Origin: an uncultured Clostridia bacterium
GTDB lineage: Bacteria > Bacillota > Clostridia > TANB77 > CAG-508
Assembly: GCA_947631025.1 (NCBI GenBank)
Contig: CANRKA010000002.1
Span: 720-64,719 of the forward strand
Length of the DNA stretch: 64,000 bases
Direction of reading: 5' to 3'
In this document: in pieces, positions 43,878-56,165 of the stretch
Position numbering within the stretch: the first letter of the stretch is position 1
Layout of the letters: each line of letters opens with the position of its first letter
The notes under the pieces: model-generated
What the model was told of the DNA's origin: nothing
What the model saw: only the letters and a program-made list of their open reading frames with translations
Databases searched by the model: none
Position numbers and translations under genes: made by a program

Positions 43878-45419
43878 TTATTCTTCAACTACTAAAACAT
43901 CTTCGTCATTTTCTTCAACTGAGTTTGTACTATCTTGACTTGTTTGGCTATCTTCTTCATCTGTATTATTGCTATTTGTATTATTTTTTGTAGTATTTGT
44001 TGTGTTATTAGAAATATCTTCTATTGTTTCTGTATCTTTTGAAGCTGTATTTCTATTTACCTTTTTTATATTCATTGCATCGAAATATTTTTCTAAATCG
44101 TAACTATATGGTGCACCATTTTGTACTCCCTCTATTTTGTATGTTGTAACTCCAGATGATGTTATAGAATATATTGTATCTAATGCACATGGTATTAATT
44201 CTGTTCCTGTAGAATTTATAATTCCATACTTTTTATCTTTGCAAACTACAATTGCTTCGTAATCGTCTATTGTAAGAACATTTCCTGCAGACCTTGTTGA
44301 ACTTGTTCCAACTACACAACCTAAGCTATCATATTCTATAGGAAGTATTATTTTTCCATTTTTATTATAAATTCCCCATTTATCTGCTTTTTTTACAGCA
44401 ATACAGTTATCGTATAGTAAATAAGGATTTTTAATAGTTGTATTTGTATATAATGATCTGTCTATACCTATATCATCATTTTCTATATATATTACTACAT
44501 TACCATTTTGATTTAATACTCCATATTTATTATTTTGTTTAACAACATATAATCCTAAGTCCTCATCTAAAACATAAATTGCATCGTAATCTAGGTTTAT
44601 TTTTGGTTTTCCTTGTGCATTAATTATTCCATATTTTCCATTAAGTGATACTACAAAATCACCTGTATTTTCCATATATGTTATATCTGTATATTTTGCT
44701 CCTATTATTTCATCGCCATTTGGTTTAATTATAGCTTTTTTGCCATCTTCTCTTTCTACTATTAATATATCGTTTTTCATTGCTTTTTGATTTGTGTATT
44801 TTTCGTTTATTTTTTTATACCCATAATCTGCAATTTTTTCTGTATAATATTCATTTAAATATTGTAATGTATATATACTTACACTATTATTTTCGTAATT
44901 AAAGCTTACATTTAATATTTTGTTTATTCCATCTGGTGTTGTATATAATTTTCCTTTAGTATATTTTATTTCTTCATCTAAATAGATATATGCATAATTT
45001 TCTTCAGAATCTCTTTTTGAATTACTATTTGTAGTAGATGATATTTTGTAAATTTTATTAGAGTTAGCTTCAAAGGTAACTGTTTCTTCATCAAATGTAA
45101 CATATCCTTTAGAATTATCTTCTGAAATTTTTCCATATTCGCCTTTATAATAGGTGGCTTCTAATAATTGGCTTATATCTTGTATAGATATATAAATTTT
45201 TCCGTCTTCTGTAACTTGGAAGTAGTCATCATTTATTGTAGTTTGTATACCATCTACATAAAATTTCATATTAAGTGATTTTAAATACATTATAATTCCT
45301 ATAATTGCTAAAATTATTACTGATAAAATTACAATTGCAACAATTATTATTTTTGCAGTTTTGTTATTTTTTTGTTTTTTTGCATTGACATTTTCATTCA
45401 TTTCTTCAAATAAATCCAT
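43878..45419 (-). CDS. WG-repeat (KWG) protein with an N-terminal membrane anchor
   Basis: Repeated KYGIINAQGK / KYGVLNQNGN / KWGIYNKNGK / KYGIINSTGT units. The ATG at 45419 has an aaaggaga SD; the track start at 45467 overlaps tgt. Confidence 0.75.
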   Translation of the reverse strand: MDLFEEMNENVNAKKQKNNKTAKIIIVAIVILSVIILAIIGIIMYLKSLNMKFYVDGIQTTINDDYFQVTEDGKIYISIQDISQLLEATYYKGEYGKISEDNSKGYVTFDEETVTFEANSNKIYKISSTTNSNSKRDSEENYAYIYLDEEIKYTKGKLYTTPDGINKILNVSFNYENNSVSIYTLQYLNEYYTEKIADYGYKKINEKYTNQKAMKNDILIVEREDGKKAIIKPNGDEIIGAKYTDITYMENTGDFVVSLNGKYGIINAQGKPKINLDYDAIYVLDEDLGLYVVKQNNKYGVLNQNGNVVIYIENDDIGIDRSLYTNTTIKNPYLLYDNCIAVKKADKWGIYNKNGKIILPIEYDSLGCVVGTSSTRSAGNVLTIDDYEAIVVCKDKKYGIINSTGTELIPCALDTIYSITSSGVTTYKIEGVQNGAPYSYDLEKYFDAMNIKKVNRNTASKDTETIEDISNNTTNTTKNNTNSNNTDEEDSQTSQDSTNSVEENDEDVLVVEE

Positions 45420-45432
45420 AGTCTTATCTCCT

Positions 45433-46596
<1,164 letters not shown>

Positions 46597-46640
46597 TTAT
46601 ATCTTAAGCTTTAAGATATAAACCGAATTGTACTTACATA

Positions 46641-47663
46641 TCAATGTATAAACATTGCATCTCCAAAACTAAAAAATCTATATTTTTCTTTTACCGCTTC
46701 TTTGTAAGCTTCCATAATATAATCTTTTCCTGCTAATGCTGACACAAGCATTAGTAAGGTAGATTGTGGTAAATGGAAATTTGTAATTAATCCATCCAAA
46801 CATTTAAATTTATAACCTGGATAAATAAATATTTGTGTATCTCCTTCTGTTTCTTTTACCATACCATTTTCATCTGCAATTGTTTCTAGTACTCTACAAG
46901 AGGTTGTCCCTACCGCAATTACTCTTCTTCCATTTTTCTTAGCGTCATTTATTTTGTCTACATCTTCTTTTTTAATATAATAATGTTCTGAATGCATTTC
47001 ATGAGCTTCTACTGTGTCTTCTTTTACTGGTCTAAATGTTCCAATTCCAACGTGTAAAGTTACATTAGCTATTATAACACCTTTTTTTTCTAACCTATTT
47101 AGTAATTCTGGTGTAAAATGTAATCCAGCTGTTGGAGCTGCTGCTGAGCCATCATATTTTGCATATACAGTTTGGTACCTATCTTTTTGTTTTAGCTCTT
47201 CGTGTATATATGGTGGAAGTGGCATTAAACCTATTTTATCTAATATTTCGTTAAAAATACCTTTATATATAAATTTTACTTTTCGCGTTCCTCCTGGCAT
47301 TGTATCTAATATTTCTGCAGTTAGCAAACCTTCTCCAAATATAACTTTTGTTCCAATATGCAATTTATTTCCTGGCCTAACTATTGTTTCCCAAATATCT
47401 CCTTCTATATTATTTAAAAGTAAAAATTCAACATTAGCACCAGTTTCTTTTTTTCCATATAATCTTGCTGGTATTACTTTTGTATTATTTCTAACTAGCA
47501 CATCACCCGGATTTAAATAATCTATTATATCTTTAAAAGTTTTATGCTTAATTGTTTGTTTTTCTTTATTTAATATCATTAATCTTGATTCATCTCTTTT
47601 TTTAATTGGTGTTTGTGCTATTAATTCTTCTGGTAAATCATAATTAAATTCTGATACTTTCAT
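46641..47663 (-). CDS. queA: S-adenosylmethionine:tRNA ribosyltransferase-isomerase
   Basis: Full-length QueA similarity ([16 protein letters not shown] N-terminus, [27 protein letters not shown]). Confidence 0.93.
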   Translation of the reverse strand: MKVSEFNYDLPEELIAQTPIKKRDESRLMILNKEKQTIKHKTFKDIIDYLNPGDVLVRNNTKVIPARLYGKKETGANVEFLLLNNIEGDIWETIVRPGNKLHIGTKVIFGEGLLTAEILDTMPGGTRKVKFIYKGIFNEILDKIGLMPLPPYIHEELKQKDRYQTVYAKYDGSAAAPTAGLHFTPELLNRLEKKGVIIANVTLHVGIGTFRPVKEDTVEAHEMHSEHYYIKKEDVDKINDAKKNGRRVIAVGTTSCRVLETIADENGMVKETEGDTQIFIYPGYKFKCLDGLITNFHLPQSTLLMLVSALAGKDYIMEAYKEAVKEKYRFFSFGDAMFIH

Positions 47664-47697
47664 TTTTCCTTCCTTATTATAAAATTATTATTTTTTG

Positions 47698-49028
47698 TTA
47701 TATAACTTTAGAAAATAATTTGCCTATTTCCCCAAATATTGTTTTTGGTTCACTAAAATAATCTAATTTTGTGCTATATTCAAAGCAAGATTCTTTTACA
47801 GGTTTTATAGAATATACATCACTATCTAACCCTATATAACCATTAGAAGTTTTTATCTTTTTTTGCATATAATCCATATACCACTTTTTTAATCCTTCTA
47901 ATTTTTCATTTGAATAATTATAATCTCTATAACTATGTAATTCTGGTATATTATAATCTCTTTCAATTAAATTTCTTTCTAATGAGTGCAAAAATTCATG
48001 TACAAAAACTTCTTCTGGAAATGTATTGCTATTTGGATTGTATTTATACGTATAGCTTCCAGTACTATTTGGCAATCTTATATTAGAAAATCCTATTCCA
48101 TAATAGTCCATATATCCAAGGCCAATCCAGTCTGTTACAGGAATTTTCTTTTTCTCCGATACGTCTCCAAATCTTACAACAATATAAATATGGTCAAAAT
48201 TGTTTTTTTGCACTACATCATTTATTAATTCTTCTACATCCTTACCTGACACATAATATCCGTTTTCTTCGTCATAAGAAAGTGTTTTTATTTCATCTTT
48301 TACTTCATATATATTAACATTTGCGCTCATTTGATTGTTAGATAAATTTGCTATTGTATTTTCAAATCTTTGCGAATCTTGAACAATTGTATTTATATCT
48401 TCTTTAGACATATTTATTTTTATATTTTCTGTTTTTCCATCTTTTTCTATTGTAGTATTAATATTTTCACAAATAAAAACAGCAAAATTCCACTCAGAAT
48501 TTTTTTCTAGTTTTCCACTTTCTATTTCAAAATTTGAAAACCAAGCTGTTCCGTTTACAGTTATCGTCATATCCGCCGTAATCTAAAACCTATTTTTATT
48601 TCTTCTCTATTTTTAGAGTCAAATAGCAATTCAATTTTTTGCCAATCGCTTGTTCCTGTAATTGATTTTGACTTTTCTGTTGTATCTATAATAGAAATAT
48701 TAGCCCCTGCATTTGAAGAATTTTTTTGCGTTTCTATATTATTTGTTTTTACCATACAAGTTACTTTATATGGGGTATTTTTTTCTACTTTTATAGTTTT
48801 ATAAAATATAGCATCATTGTATTCATTTGATGATAACTTGTAACTATCTATTTTAGAATATTTATTTTTACTATCTCTTATAAAGTCTGTTCTTTTAGAA
48901 TAATACTCCGATTTTTCATAGTCATTAAAATTGTATTTTTCGAACATATTATAAAAAAATATTAAAACTATTACAAAACATATCCAAAATATTATATTTC
49001 CTATAAATTTCTTTTTATTATTTAACAT
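47698..49028 (-). CDS. Membrane-anchored protein with a CBM-like beta-sandwich and an HExxH domain; needs two +1 shifts at CGG 48576-48578 and 48551-48553
   Basis: 48567..49028 and 47698..48570 join as ...REEIKIGFRL-G-GYDDNCK-G-TAWFSNFEIESGKL (a CBM4/9-like RLGG...G.AWF.. edge strand). An HEFLH metal motif lies downstream. 1331 nt = 3n+2. Confidence 0.7.
48551..48553 (-). other. In-frame CGG (in the already shifted frame) at the second junction (+1 onto GGA)
   Basis: mRNA sense: tgt aaa CGG aac agc. The +1 frame reads gga aca gct tgg ttt tca. Confidence 0.65.
48576..48578 (-). other. In-frame CGG (first of the tandem CGG CGG) at a frame junction (+1 onto GGC)
   Basis: mRNA sense: aga tta CGG cgg ata tga. 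The +1 frame reads ggc gga tat gac gat aac tgt aaa. Confidence 0.65.
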
Positions 49029-49137
49029 TTATTCCTCCGAAAAAAATCTATGTATATTATACAGGATATATAAATTTTTAACAATATATTTTTTCTAAAA
49101 AAGAAGTGAATATTTTTCATATTCACTTCTAAACTAT

Positions 49138-50442
49138 TTATTTTAAAATTTTCTTTAATTTTTTAAATTTCAATTTAAAAATTATTGCAAAAAATACTAT
49201 TGTTGATATTATTGCTAATAAGACTACTCCATTATTTCCTGCTTTTAAAATTGTACTTTTTGAAACTGTAGTATCTCCAGCAATATTTGAATTATTAGTT
49301 GTTATAGAAATTTGTGGACTATCTTCCATTGTTTTTTCTACTATACTTCCATTATTAGTATAACTTAAAACAACCTTTTCATTTGTATTTAATGTTTTTC
49401 CTAATATAGATGCATCATAGTTTTCCTTTAATTTTAGTGTGTATTGTGCTGTTTCAATTCCAGATTCACTGGCATTGTCAATCTTCCATGATAAAATATT
49501 ATTATTTAAAGTAATTTCTCCATTTGATTTTGAATCTACTTTTATTTCAAAATTATTTAATATTTCCTTTGAAAAATAATCGTCTATTTTTATGTTAGAT
49601 ACAGAAGTAGAATTACTTACTGAGAAACTTTCTAAAATTTTATTATATAAATCATTACTTATTGCTTCTTCTATATTTTTATCTTCAATATTGTATAATT
49701 TGTCTGCAGTAGGATTTTGCTCTGTTCCAAAAACATCTTTTATTACTGGTGCATTTGTATCTGATGCATTGTCTATTCCAATTAGTGCAGTAATAATATA
49801 ATAATTATTATCATTAAGTAGTGCTTTTGTTTCATTACGTGCATTTTCATTTGGTATACCATCTGTAAGTAATATTATAATTTTATTTCCTATTTCTTTT
49901 GTAAAACTATTTTTAGCAAGTTTTAATCCATCATTAGTTAAAGTAGCATTTCCTATTTTCTTTCCTCTAAACGTTTCACAACTACTTATTAATGTTTCTT
50001 TATTATTTGTAAATTCTTGTATTACTTCTGCTTTATCTGAAAATGATATTATATTCATTTTTATATTAGGATTGTTTTCGTTAATTTTTTTAATAAGGGC
50101 TTCTGTAGAATCTATAATTTTATTTTTTCTTGTTATTGTATCTTCTACAAATGTAGTCATACTACCAGAATTATCTATCAATAAAACAACCTCACTATCA
50201 TCTAATAGCTTACCACTTGTATTTGTTTCTGGTTTGTCTGTATTCATTTCTAATTTAATAGTAACTTCGTTGTTTTCTATATTAGTTATCTTTTTAGATA
50301 ATGTAACGTTTCCAGAATTTATTGTTGTTCCAGCTTCCTTTATCTGTTTTATATTAATATTTGTTGCATACCCGCTAGTGCAAATTGTAATAACAAATAA
50401 AAACATTAATATAAATGTAAAAAGTAATTTTATTTTTTTCAT
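49138..50442 (-). CDS. von Willebrand factor A domain surface protein with signal peptide and C-terminal TM anchor
   Basis: Signal peptide, vWA MIDAS region (LLIDNSGSM ... LLTDG) and a C-terminal hydrophobic helix with a basic tail. Confidence 0.75.
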   Translation of the reverse strand: MKKIKLLFTFILMFLFVITICTSGYATNINIKQIKEAGTTINSGNVTLSKKITNIENNEVTIKLEMNTDKPETNTSGKLLDDSEVVLLIDNSGSMTTFVEDTITRKNKIIDSTEALIKKINENNPNIKMNIISFSDKAEVIQEFTNNKETLISSCETFRGKKIGNATLTNDGLKLAKNSFTKEIGNKIIILLTDGIPNENARNETKALLNDNNYYIITALIGIDNASDTNAPVIKDVFGTEQNPTADKLYNIEDKNIEEAISNDLYNKILESFSVSNSTSVSNIKIDDYFSKEILNNFEIKVDSKSNGEITLNNNILSWKIDNASESGIETAQYTLKLKENYDASILGKTLNTNEKVVLSYTNNGSIVEKTMEDSPQISITTNNSNIAGDTTVSKSTILKAGNNGVVLLAIISTIVFFAIIFKLKFKKLKKILK

Positions 50443-50600
50443 TTATAGTTCCTCCCTAATATTCTTTTGTATGAATAAATCAATTAAAGTATATCTTATA
50501 ATACTACATTATTCAACATCATTTGCTTTATATTTTTATTACATTTATATGTCTTTTGTATTACAAAAAGCAGATGAATAAAAATATTCATCTGCTTTAC

Positions 50601-53600
50601 TTATTTAATAACTTCAACATCTATTTTAATTTTTTCATCATTAATTTTTGTTTCAACATAATTGCTATGTTCTTCGTTATATTTAATGTCTATTGTTAAA
50701 GTATCATGTTTTATTAGTTCAGCATTTTTTCTAATTACTTCTTCTAGTTTAGGATTTTCTGCTACATATAGATTTATTTTATCTAATACTTCAAATCCTT
50801 TTTCTTTTCTCATATTTTGTACTTTAGAAAGTATTTCTCTTACATATCCTTCTTCTTTTAGCTCTTGTGTTATGTGTGTATCTAATACAACACCTATTTC
50901 GCCTTCTCCACTAAACGCAAATCCTTCTTTTCCTTGCATTGTAATTAGTAAGTTGTCTGAATTTAATTCTATTTGAGCATCATCAATTTCTATATATTCT
51001 GTTCCACCATTTTTAACTGTGTTTGCTAAGTCCATTTGATTTTTCTTAGAGATTTCTTCTTTTATTTTTGGAATTAATCTTCCATATTCTTTTCCAAGTA
51101 CAGGTAAATTTGGCTTTATTTCGAAATTAACATATTCAGACATCTCTGCGCCTAATTTAATATCTTTTACATTTAATTCTTCTTTTACTATATCTTCATA
51201 GTATTTTGGTAATGTATTAATTGAAATTAACATTTCTGAAAGTGGTTGTCTGTTCTTTATATTTGCAGAGTTTCTTGCACTTCTTCCAAGTTTTACTATT
51301 TTGTATGCTAAATCCATTTCCTTTTCTAGCTCTTTATCAATTGTATCTTCGTCAACTTCTGGCCATAAGCATAAATGAACACTTTCTGGAGCATTTTTGT
51401 CTAATCCTACAACTAGATTTTGATAGATTTCGTCTGTCATAAATGGTACAAAAGGTGCTGCAACTTTAATTAGTGTTACTAATACTTTGTATAATGTTAC
51501 ATAAGCTCCAATCTTTTCTTCTGTTAATTCAGTCATCCAAAATCTTTCTCTATTTCTACGTACATACCAATTTGAAAGTTCATCTGTAAAGTTTTCAATT
51601 TGTATAGCAGCTGATGTTATATCATAGTGCTGTAATTTTTCATCTACATCTTTAACTAAAGTATTTAATTTAGATATAATCCATTTATCCATTACATTTG
51701 TTATTTTGTAATCTTTATATTCTGTAGGATTAAACTTATCAATTTCTGCATATAAAACATAGAATGAATATACATTCCATAATGTACTTAAAAATCCTCT
51801 TTGTGTTTCTTGTACATTGTTTAATCCTAATCTTGTTGGTAACCATGGTGCTGATACTGTGTAAAAATGCCATCTTGTTGCATCTGCTCCAACTTGATCT
51901 AATAATACCATTGGATCTACACCGTTACCTTTTGATTTAGACATTTTTTGTCCTTTTTCATCTAATACATGGCCTAATACAATGCAATTTTCAAATGGTG
52001 TTCTTCCAAATAATGCTGTTCCAATTGCTGTTAATGTGTAGAACCATCCTCTTGTTTGGTCAATTGCTTCTGAAATAAATCCTGCTGGGAAGTTATTTTC
52101 AAACATTTCCTTATTTTCAAATGGATAATGCCACTGTGCAAAAGGCATTGATCCTGAATCAAACCAACAGTCAATTACTTCTTTTGCTCTTTTCATTTCT
52201 TTACCACATTTTGGACATTTTAAATGAACATTATCAATATATGGTTTATGAAGTTCTATGTCTTCTGGACATTCTACTGCTTTTTGTTTTAATTCTTCAA
52301 TTGAACCAATACATTCTTGATATCCACAATTTTCGTCTTCACAAGTCCAAATTGGAAGTGGTGTTCCCCAATATCTATCTCTTGAAATTCCCCAATCAAT
52401 TACGTTTTCTAGGAATTTTCCAAATCTTCCTGTTCTAATTGTATCTGGATACCAATTTACTTTGTTGTTATTTGAAACTAATTCATTTCTTAGCTTGCTC
52501 ATTGCAACAAACCAACTTTCTTTTGGATAATAAAGAAGTGGTGTGTCACATCTCCAACAGTGTGGATATGAATGTATGTGTTTTTCTTTACTAAATAACT
52601 TATTTTCATCTTCAAGCCATTTACAAATATCTTCGTTGCAATCTCTTACAAATCTTCCAGCCCAAGGCTCTACTTCTTCTACAAACTTTCCAGATTTATC
52701 TACTAAATTGATAAATGTAATTCCATTTTGTTTAGAAACTAAATTATCATCTTCACCGTATGCTGGTGCAATATGAACAATTCCTGTACCATCATCTAAA
52801 TTTACATAGTCTCCATGGATTACTTCAAAGGCTTTTCCTTCAATTTCTCCCCATGGCATTAATCTTTCATATTTTGTTCCAAGTAGCTCCTCACCTTTAA
52901 ATGTTTTTACAATTTCATATTGTGTTTCTTTTAATACTTTTTCAATTAAGTCTTTTGCTAATATGTAATTTTCATATTTTGGTTCTTCTTCTGTTCCAAT
53001 ATTTGCTTTTATTTCAGCATATTCATAAGATTTGTTTACACAAAGTGCTAAGTTAGATGGTAATGTCCATGGTGTTGTTGTCCAAGCTAAAATGTATTTA
53101 TCTTCTCCTACTACTTTAAATTTTGCAATACATGTTAAATCTTTTACATCTTTATACCCTTGTGCAACTTCATGTGATGAAAGTGCTGTTCCACATCTTG
53201 GGCAATATGGCATAACTTTATGACCTTCATATAAAAGTCCTTTATCCCACATTTGTTTTAAAGCCCACCATACAGATTCAATATATTCATTGTGATATGT
53301 TACATATGGTTTTTCCATGTCTACCCAATATCCTACTTTATTAGTCATTTCCTCCCACATATGAACATATGTAAACACACTATCTTTACACTCTTTTACA
53401 AACTTTTCTACACCATAATCTTCAATTTGTTCTTTACCTGAAATTCCAAGTTTTTTCTCTATTTCAAGTTCAACTGGAAGTCCATGTGTATCCCATCCAG
53501 CTTTACGAATAACTTTATATCCTTTCATAACTTTATATCTAGGGATAATATCTTTCATAACTCTTGTTTCTATATGTCCAACATGTGGTTTTCCATTTGC

Positions 53601-53747
53601 TGTTGGTGGTCCATCATAAAAGGTAAAATATCTTTTACCTTCATTCATTGAAAAATTCTTTTTTATAATATCTTTCTCTTTCCACGTTTTTGCAACTTCT
53701 CTCTCCATTCCAACAAATCCATCTTTTAGTTCAACCTTTTTATACAT
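50601..53747 (-). CDS. ileS: Isoleucyl-tRNA synthetase (type 2, long form)
   Basis: 1048 aa with HIGH (PHVGH) and KMSKS motifs, a CP1 editing domain and zinc-binding Cys clusters. Confidence 0.95.
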   Translation of the reverse strand: MYKKVELKDGFVGMEREVAKTWKEKDIIKKNFSMNEGKRYFTFYDGPPTANGKPHVGHIETRVMKDIIPRYKVMKGYKVIRKAGWDTHGLPVELEIEKKLGISGKEQIEDYGVEKFVKECKDSVFTYVHMWEEMTNKVGYWVDMEKPYVTYHNEYIESVWWALKQMWDKGLLYEGHKVMPYCPRCGTALSSHEVAQGYKDVKDLTCIAKFKVVGEDKYILAWTTTPWTLPSNLALCVNKSYEYAEIKANIGTEEEPKYENYILAKDLIEKVLKETQYEIVKTFKGEELLGTKYERLMPWGEIEGKAFEVIHGDYVNLDDGTGIVHIAPAYGEDDNLVSKQNGITFINLVDKSGKFVEEVEPWAGRFVRDCNEDICKWLEDENKLFSKEKHIHSYPHCWRCDTPLLYYPKESWFVAMSKLRNELVSNNNKVNWYPDTIRTGRFGKFLENVIDWGISRDRYWGTPLPIWTCEDENCGYQECIGSIEELKQKAVECPEDIELHKPYIDNVHLKCPKCGKEMKRAKEVIDCWFDSGSMPFAQWHYPFENKEMFENNFPAGFISEAIDQTRGWFYTLTAIGTALFGRTPFENCIVLGHVLDEKGQKMSKSKGNGVDPMVLLDQVGADATRWHFYTVSAPWLPTRLGLNNVQETQRGFLSTLWNVYSFYVLYAEIDKFNPTEYKDYKITNVMDKWIISKLNTLVKDVDEKLQHYDITSAAIQIENFTDELSNWYVRRNRERFWMTELTEEKIGAYVTLYKVLVTLIKVAAPFVPFMTDEIYQNLVVGLDKNAPESVHLCLWPEVDEDTIDKELEKEMDLAYKIVKLGRSARNSANIKNRQPLSEMLISINTLPKYYEDIVKEELNVKDIKLGAEMSEYVNFEIKPNLPVLGKEYGRLIPKIKEEISKKNQMDLANTVKNGGTEYIEIDDAQIELNSDNLLITMQGKEGFAFSGEGEIGVVLDTHITQELKEEGYVREILSKVQNMRKEKGFEVLDKINLYVAENPKLEEVIRKNAELIKHDTLTIDIKYNEEHSNYVETKINDEKIKIDVEVIK

Positions 53748-53839
53748 AAAAATCCTCCTTTATTATTTTATGAAACACATTTTTACTAATTTATTTTGTA
53801 GATTTAATAAATTTATGTTTCACATTCCTTATTGTTTAT

Positions 53840-54097
53840 TTATTTTTTAAAATTATCTGCTACACTTTGTATTTCTTGTAGTTCAAATCTATATTTTTGT
53901 TCTACATTTGGATATTTTTCATGGTCTACTTCTGATAAAAACATTTCTAATGGTCTTACCCATAAGCCACCATCATTATATAGTCTCCTATATATAACCA
54001 TTTCTTGTTTTGTTTCTGAATCTTTTGCTATTTCCTCTACTAAATAATAGTCTCCCTTAAAGTGCTTGTAAATTCCATTAATTTTTAATTTTCTCAT
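53840..54097 (-). CDS. DUF1653-like small protein
   Basis: 85 aa with [11 protein letters not shown]...VIYRRLY, typical of DUF1653. It is the first gene after the T-box leader. Confidence 0.6.
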   Translation of the reverse strand: MRKLKINGIYKHFKGDYYLVEEIAKDSETKQEMVIYRRLYNDGGLWVRPLEMFLSEVDHEKYPNVEQKYRFELQEIQSVADNFKK

Positions 54098-54104
54098 AAA
54101 TTTT

Positions 54105-54395
54105 CCCTTCTATTTAACTAATAAAACACACATTTTGCCCTAAACATTTAGGACGAAATGTGTGCTTTTCCGCGGTACCACCTAATTTAATAATTTATAT
54201 ATTTTAAAATTATTCTCTTAATTAATCTTTAACGCAGACTTACGGCAATTCTTAGTTTTAATTTAATAATTTCAGAAATGCAACTAACAAAGGTGATAAC
54301 AAATAATTTTTACTTATTGGATTTACAGCTACCTCCAACTCTCTTTAAGATATTTTAATATTTGTATTGTCCTTGCTATTGTTTTTAATATTCTT
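54105..54395 (-). promoter_or_regulatory. T-box leader (Ile-type candidate) upstream of DUF1653-ileS
   Basis: On the minus strand: aaagagag box, the canonical T-box core aaattaggtggtaccgcgg (54170-54188), and a long terminator hairpin at 54127-54164 followed by ttttat. The candidate AUU specifier is near 54268-54270. Confidence 0.85.
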
Positions 54396-54399
54396 GACT

Positions 54400-54427
54400 A
54401 TTATATCACATTTTATTTTGAATTCAA
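54400..54427 (-). promoter_or_regulatory. Promoter of the T-box/DUF1653/ileS transcript
   Basis: ttgaat - 16 nt - tataat with an extended TG (tgatataat) on the minus strand. Confidence 0.5.
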
Positions 54428-54460
54428 GTGTTTTTTATTATATTTTTTGCTTTAAATATT

Positions 54461-55285
54461 TTATCTTATAAAATATATTCCTATTACTACTAATCCTAAT
54501 ATTATTCTATATATAGCAAATATTTTAAAACTACCTTTTTTTAAATATTCTAATAAAAATTTTATTACTATTACTCCAACTATAAAACTTGTTAATATTC
54601 CTATAAAAAATGATAAGTTTATTGTAAAAGCTCCACTTAATAATTTATATAGTGCAGCACCAACTGTTATTGGAGTTGCTAGCATAAAAGAATATTTTGC
54701 TGTAGACTCTCTATCAATTCCCATTAATCTTCCTGTTGTCATTGTTATACCAGACCTTGATACTCCAGGTATAAATGCTAATGCCTGTGATATTCCTATT
54801 AAAAATGTTTGTTTAAAATTCATATTTTCATATGTTGTTTTAGATTTGCATTTTTCATCTGCAATATATAGTATAATTCCCATTACTATTAAGACAATTG
54901 CAATTAATAAATATGCTGTTTTTACATAATCTTCTAATAATTTATCTGCAAGGAGTCCTAAAATTCCACCAGGAATTGTTGCTGCAACTAGATACCAAAA
55001 CATTTTTCCATTTGAGCTTTTTTCTTTTTTTACTGCTAAATTATATCCACCTTTTATTAGCTCTATCCAATCTTTAAAAAAGAATAACACTATTGCAAGT
55101 AGCGTACCTATATGTAATGCTACATCAAAGCTTCCTTCAAATTCTTCCATAAATTTTATGTTTTCTGTCCATTTAAAAATCCATGGTATTAAATTTAGAT
55201 GTCCTGAACTTGATATTGGCAAAAACTCTGTTAATCCCTGAACTATTCCTAAAAATATAGACTGTGCAATTGTAATCGATTCCAT
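54461..55285 (-). CDS. uppP: Undecaprenyl-diphosphate phosphatase
   Basis: GIVQGLTEFLPISSSGH and PGVSRSG motifs; 8 TM helices. Confidence 0.93.
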   Translation of the reverse strand: MESITIAQSIFLGIVQGLTEFLPISSSGHLNLIPWIFKWTENIKFMEEFEGSFDVALHIGTLLAIVLFFFKDWIELIKGGYNLAVKKEKSSNGKMFWYLVAATIPGGILGLLADKLLEDYVKTAYLLIAIVLIVMGIILYIADEKCKSKTTYENMNFKQTFLIGISQALAFIPGVSRSGITMTTGRLMGIDRESTAKYSFMLATPITVGAALYKLLSGAFTINLSFFIGILTSFIVGVIVIKFLLEYLKKGSFKIFAIYRIILGLVVIGIYFIR

Positions 55286-55288
55286 TTT

Positions 55289-56152
55289 TTACTCCTTATC
55301 AATTATTTTATAAATTGTTTCCTTTATATATTTTGCAGATGTTATTGGTGCAACTTTGCCTGGAAGAGCAAGTGCCCATATATTTTTTATTCCTTGTATA
55401 TTGCATTGCTCAAAATCTACTCCGCCTGGTTTAGATGCTAAATCTATTATAAGACAATTACTTTTTACTTGACTTAATTTTTCCTTATCTAATAACAAAT
55501 ATGGTACAGTATTAAATATTATATCAAATTCATTTAAGTTATTTTTTAAATCATCTAAATGTATTGCCTTGTATCCATATGCTTTTATCCAAGCTATATC
55601 TTGCTGTTTTCTTGCCTCGCAAGATACATCTGCACCTAGTGAACTTAATTTTTTTGCTAACAATTTTCCTATTCTTCCAAATCCTAAAACAAGTATTTTT
55701 GAATTATTAATAGTAATTTGAGTTTGTTCCATTGCAATTTGTATTGCACCTTCTGCAGTAGAAATTGCATTTGCTATTGTTAGTTCTTCGTTTTTCATTA
55801 GGTCAAAAACTTTTGCTTTTTTTTGCTTTTCACACTCGTTTAATATTGTAGTGTCTATACTTCCTGCAAAAAAGACTTTACCTTTAATATTTTCTATTAA
55901 ATTGTTTACACTTAATTGTTTATTAGAATATGGCATATATACACTTTTTCCATCTTTTGAAAGTGGTATTGAAGATATTACAATTTGTGAATTTTTAATA
56001 CAATCTTCTAATAAATTATATTTTTCATTTTCAATTATTTCTTTAGATTCTTCTAACCCAAATGTTTTTATTGTATTTCCATCTTTCTTTAGCATTTGTG
56101 CCAATTTTACAATTCTTAAATCTCCACCTATAATTGAAAATGTTTTATTCAA
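55289..56152 (-). CDS. dpaA: Dipicolinate synthase subunit A-like NAD-binding protein
   Basis: N-terminal IIGGDLR pattern and a central GFGRIG Rossmann motif, as in SpoVFA/DpaA. No dpaB is adjacent. Confidence 0.5.
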   Translation of the reverse strand: MNKTFSIIGGDLRIVKLAQMLKKDGNTIKTFGLEESKEIIENEKYNLLEDCIKNSQIVISSIPLSKDGKSVYMPYSNKQLSVNNLIENIKGKVFFAGSIDTTILNECEKQKKAKVFDLMKNEELTIANAISTAEGAIQIAMEQTQITINNSKILVLGFGRIGKLLAKKLSSLGADVSCEARKQQDIAWIKAYGYKAIHLDDLKNNLNEFDIIFNTVPYLLLDKEKLSQVKSNCLIIDLASKPGGVDFEQCNIQGIKNIWALALPGKVAPITSAKYIKETIYKIIDKE

Positions 56153-56165
56153 AATAATTCCTCCT

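Noticed and set aside
47014-47520. Long ORFs antisense to real genes in the track (e.g. 47014..47520, 5436..5867, 9176..9667, 31947..32558, 50072..50581, 63239..63841, 11452..11877).
   Set aside because: They mirror well-supported genes on the opposite strand. Their composition is low-complexity and rich in F/L/I/S, as expected from AT-rich shadow frames. They also lack SD sequences.
49138-49260. ILKAG near the C-terminus of the vWA protein as a variant sortase signal.
   Set aside because: It does not match LPXTG or any known variant motif that I can name. A plain TM anchor explains the architecture.
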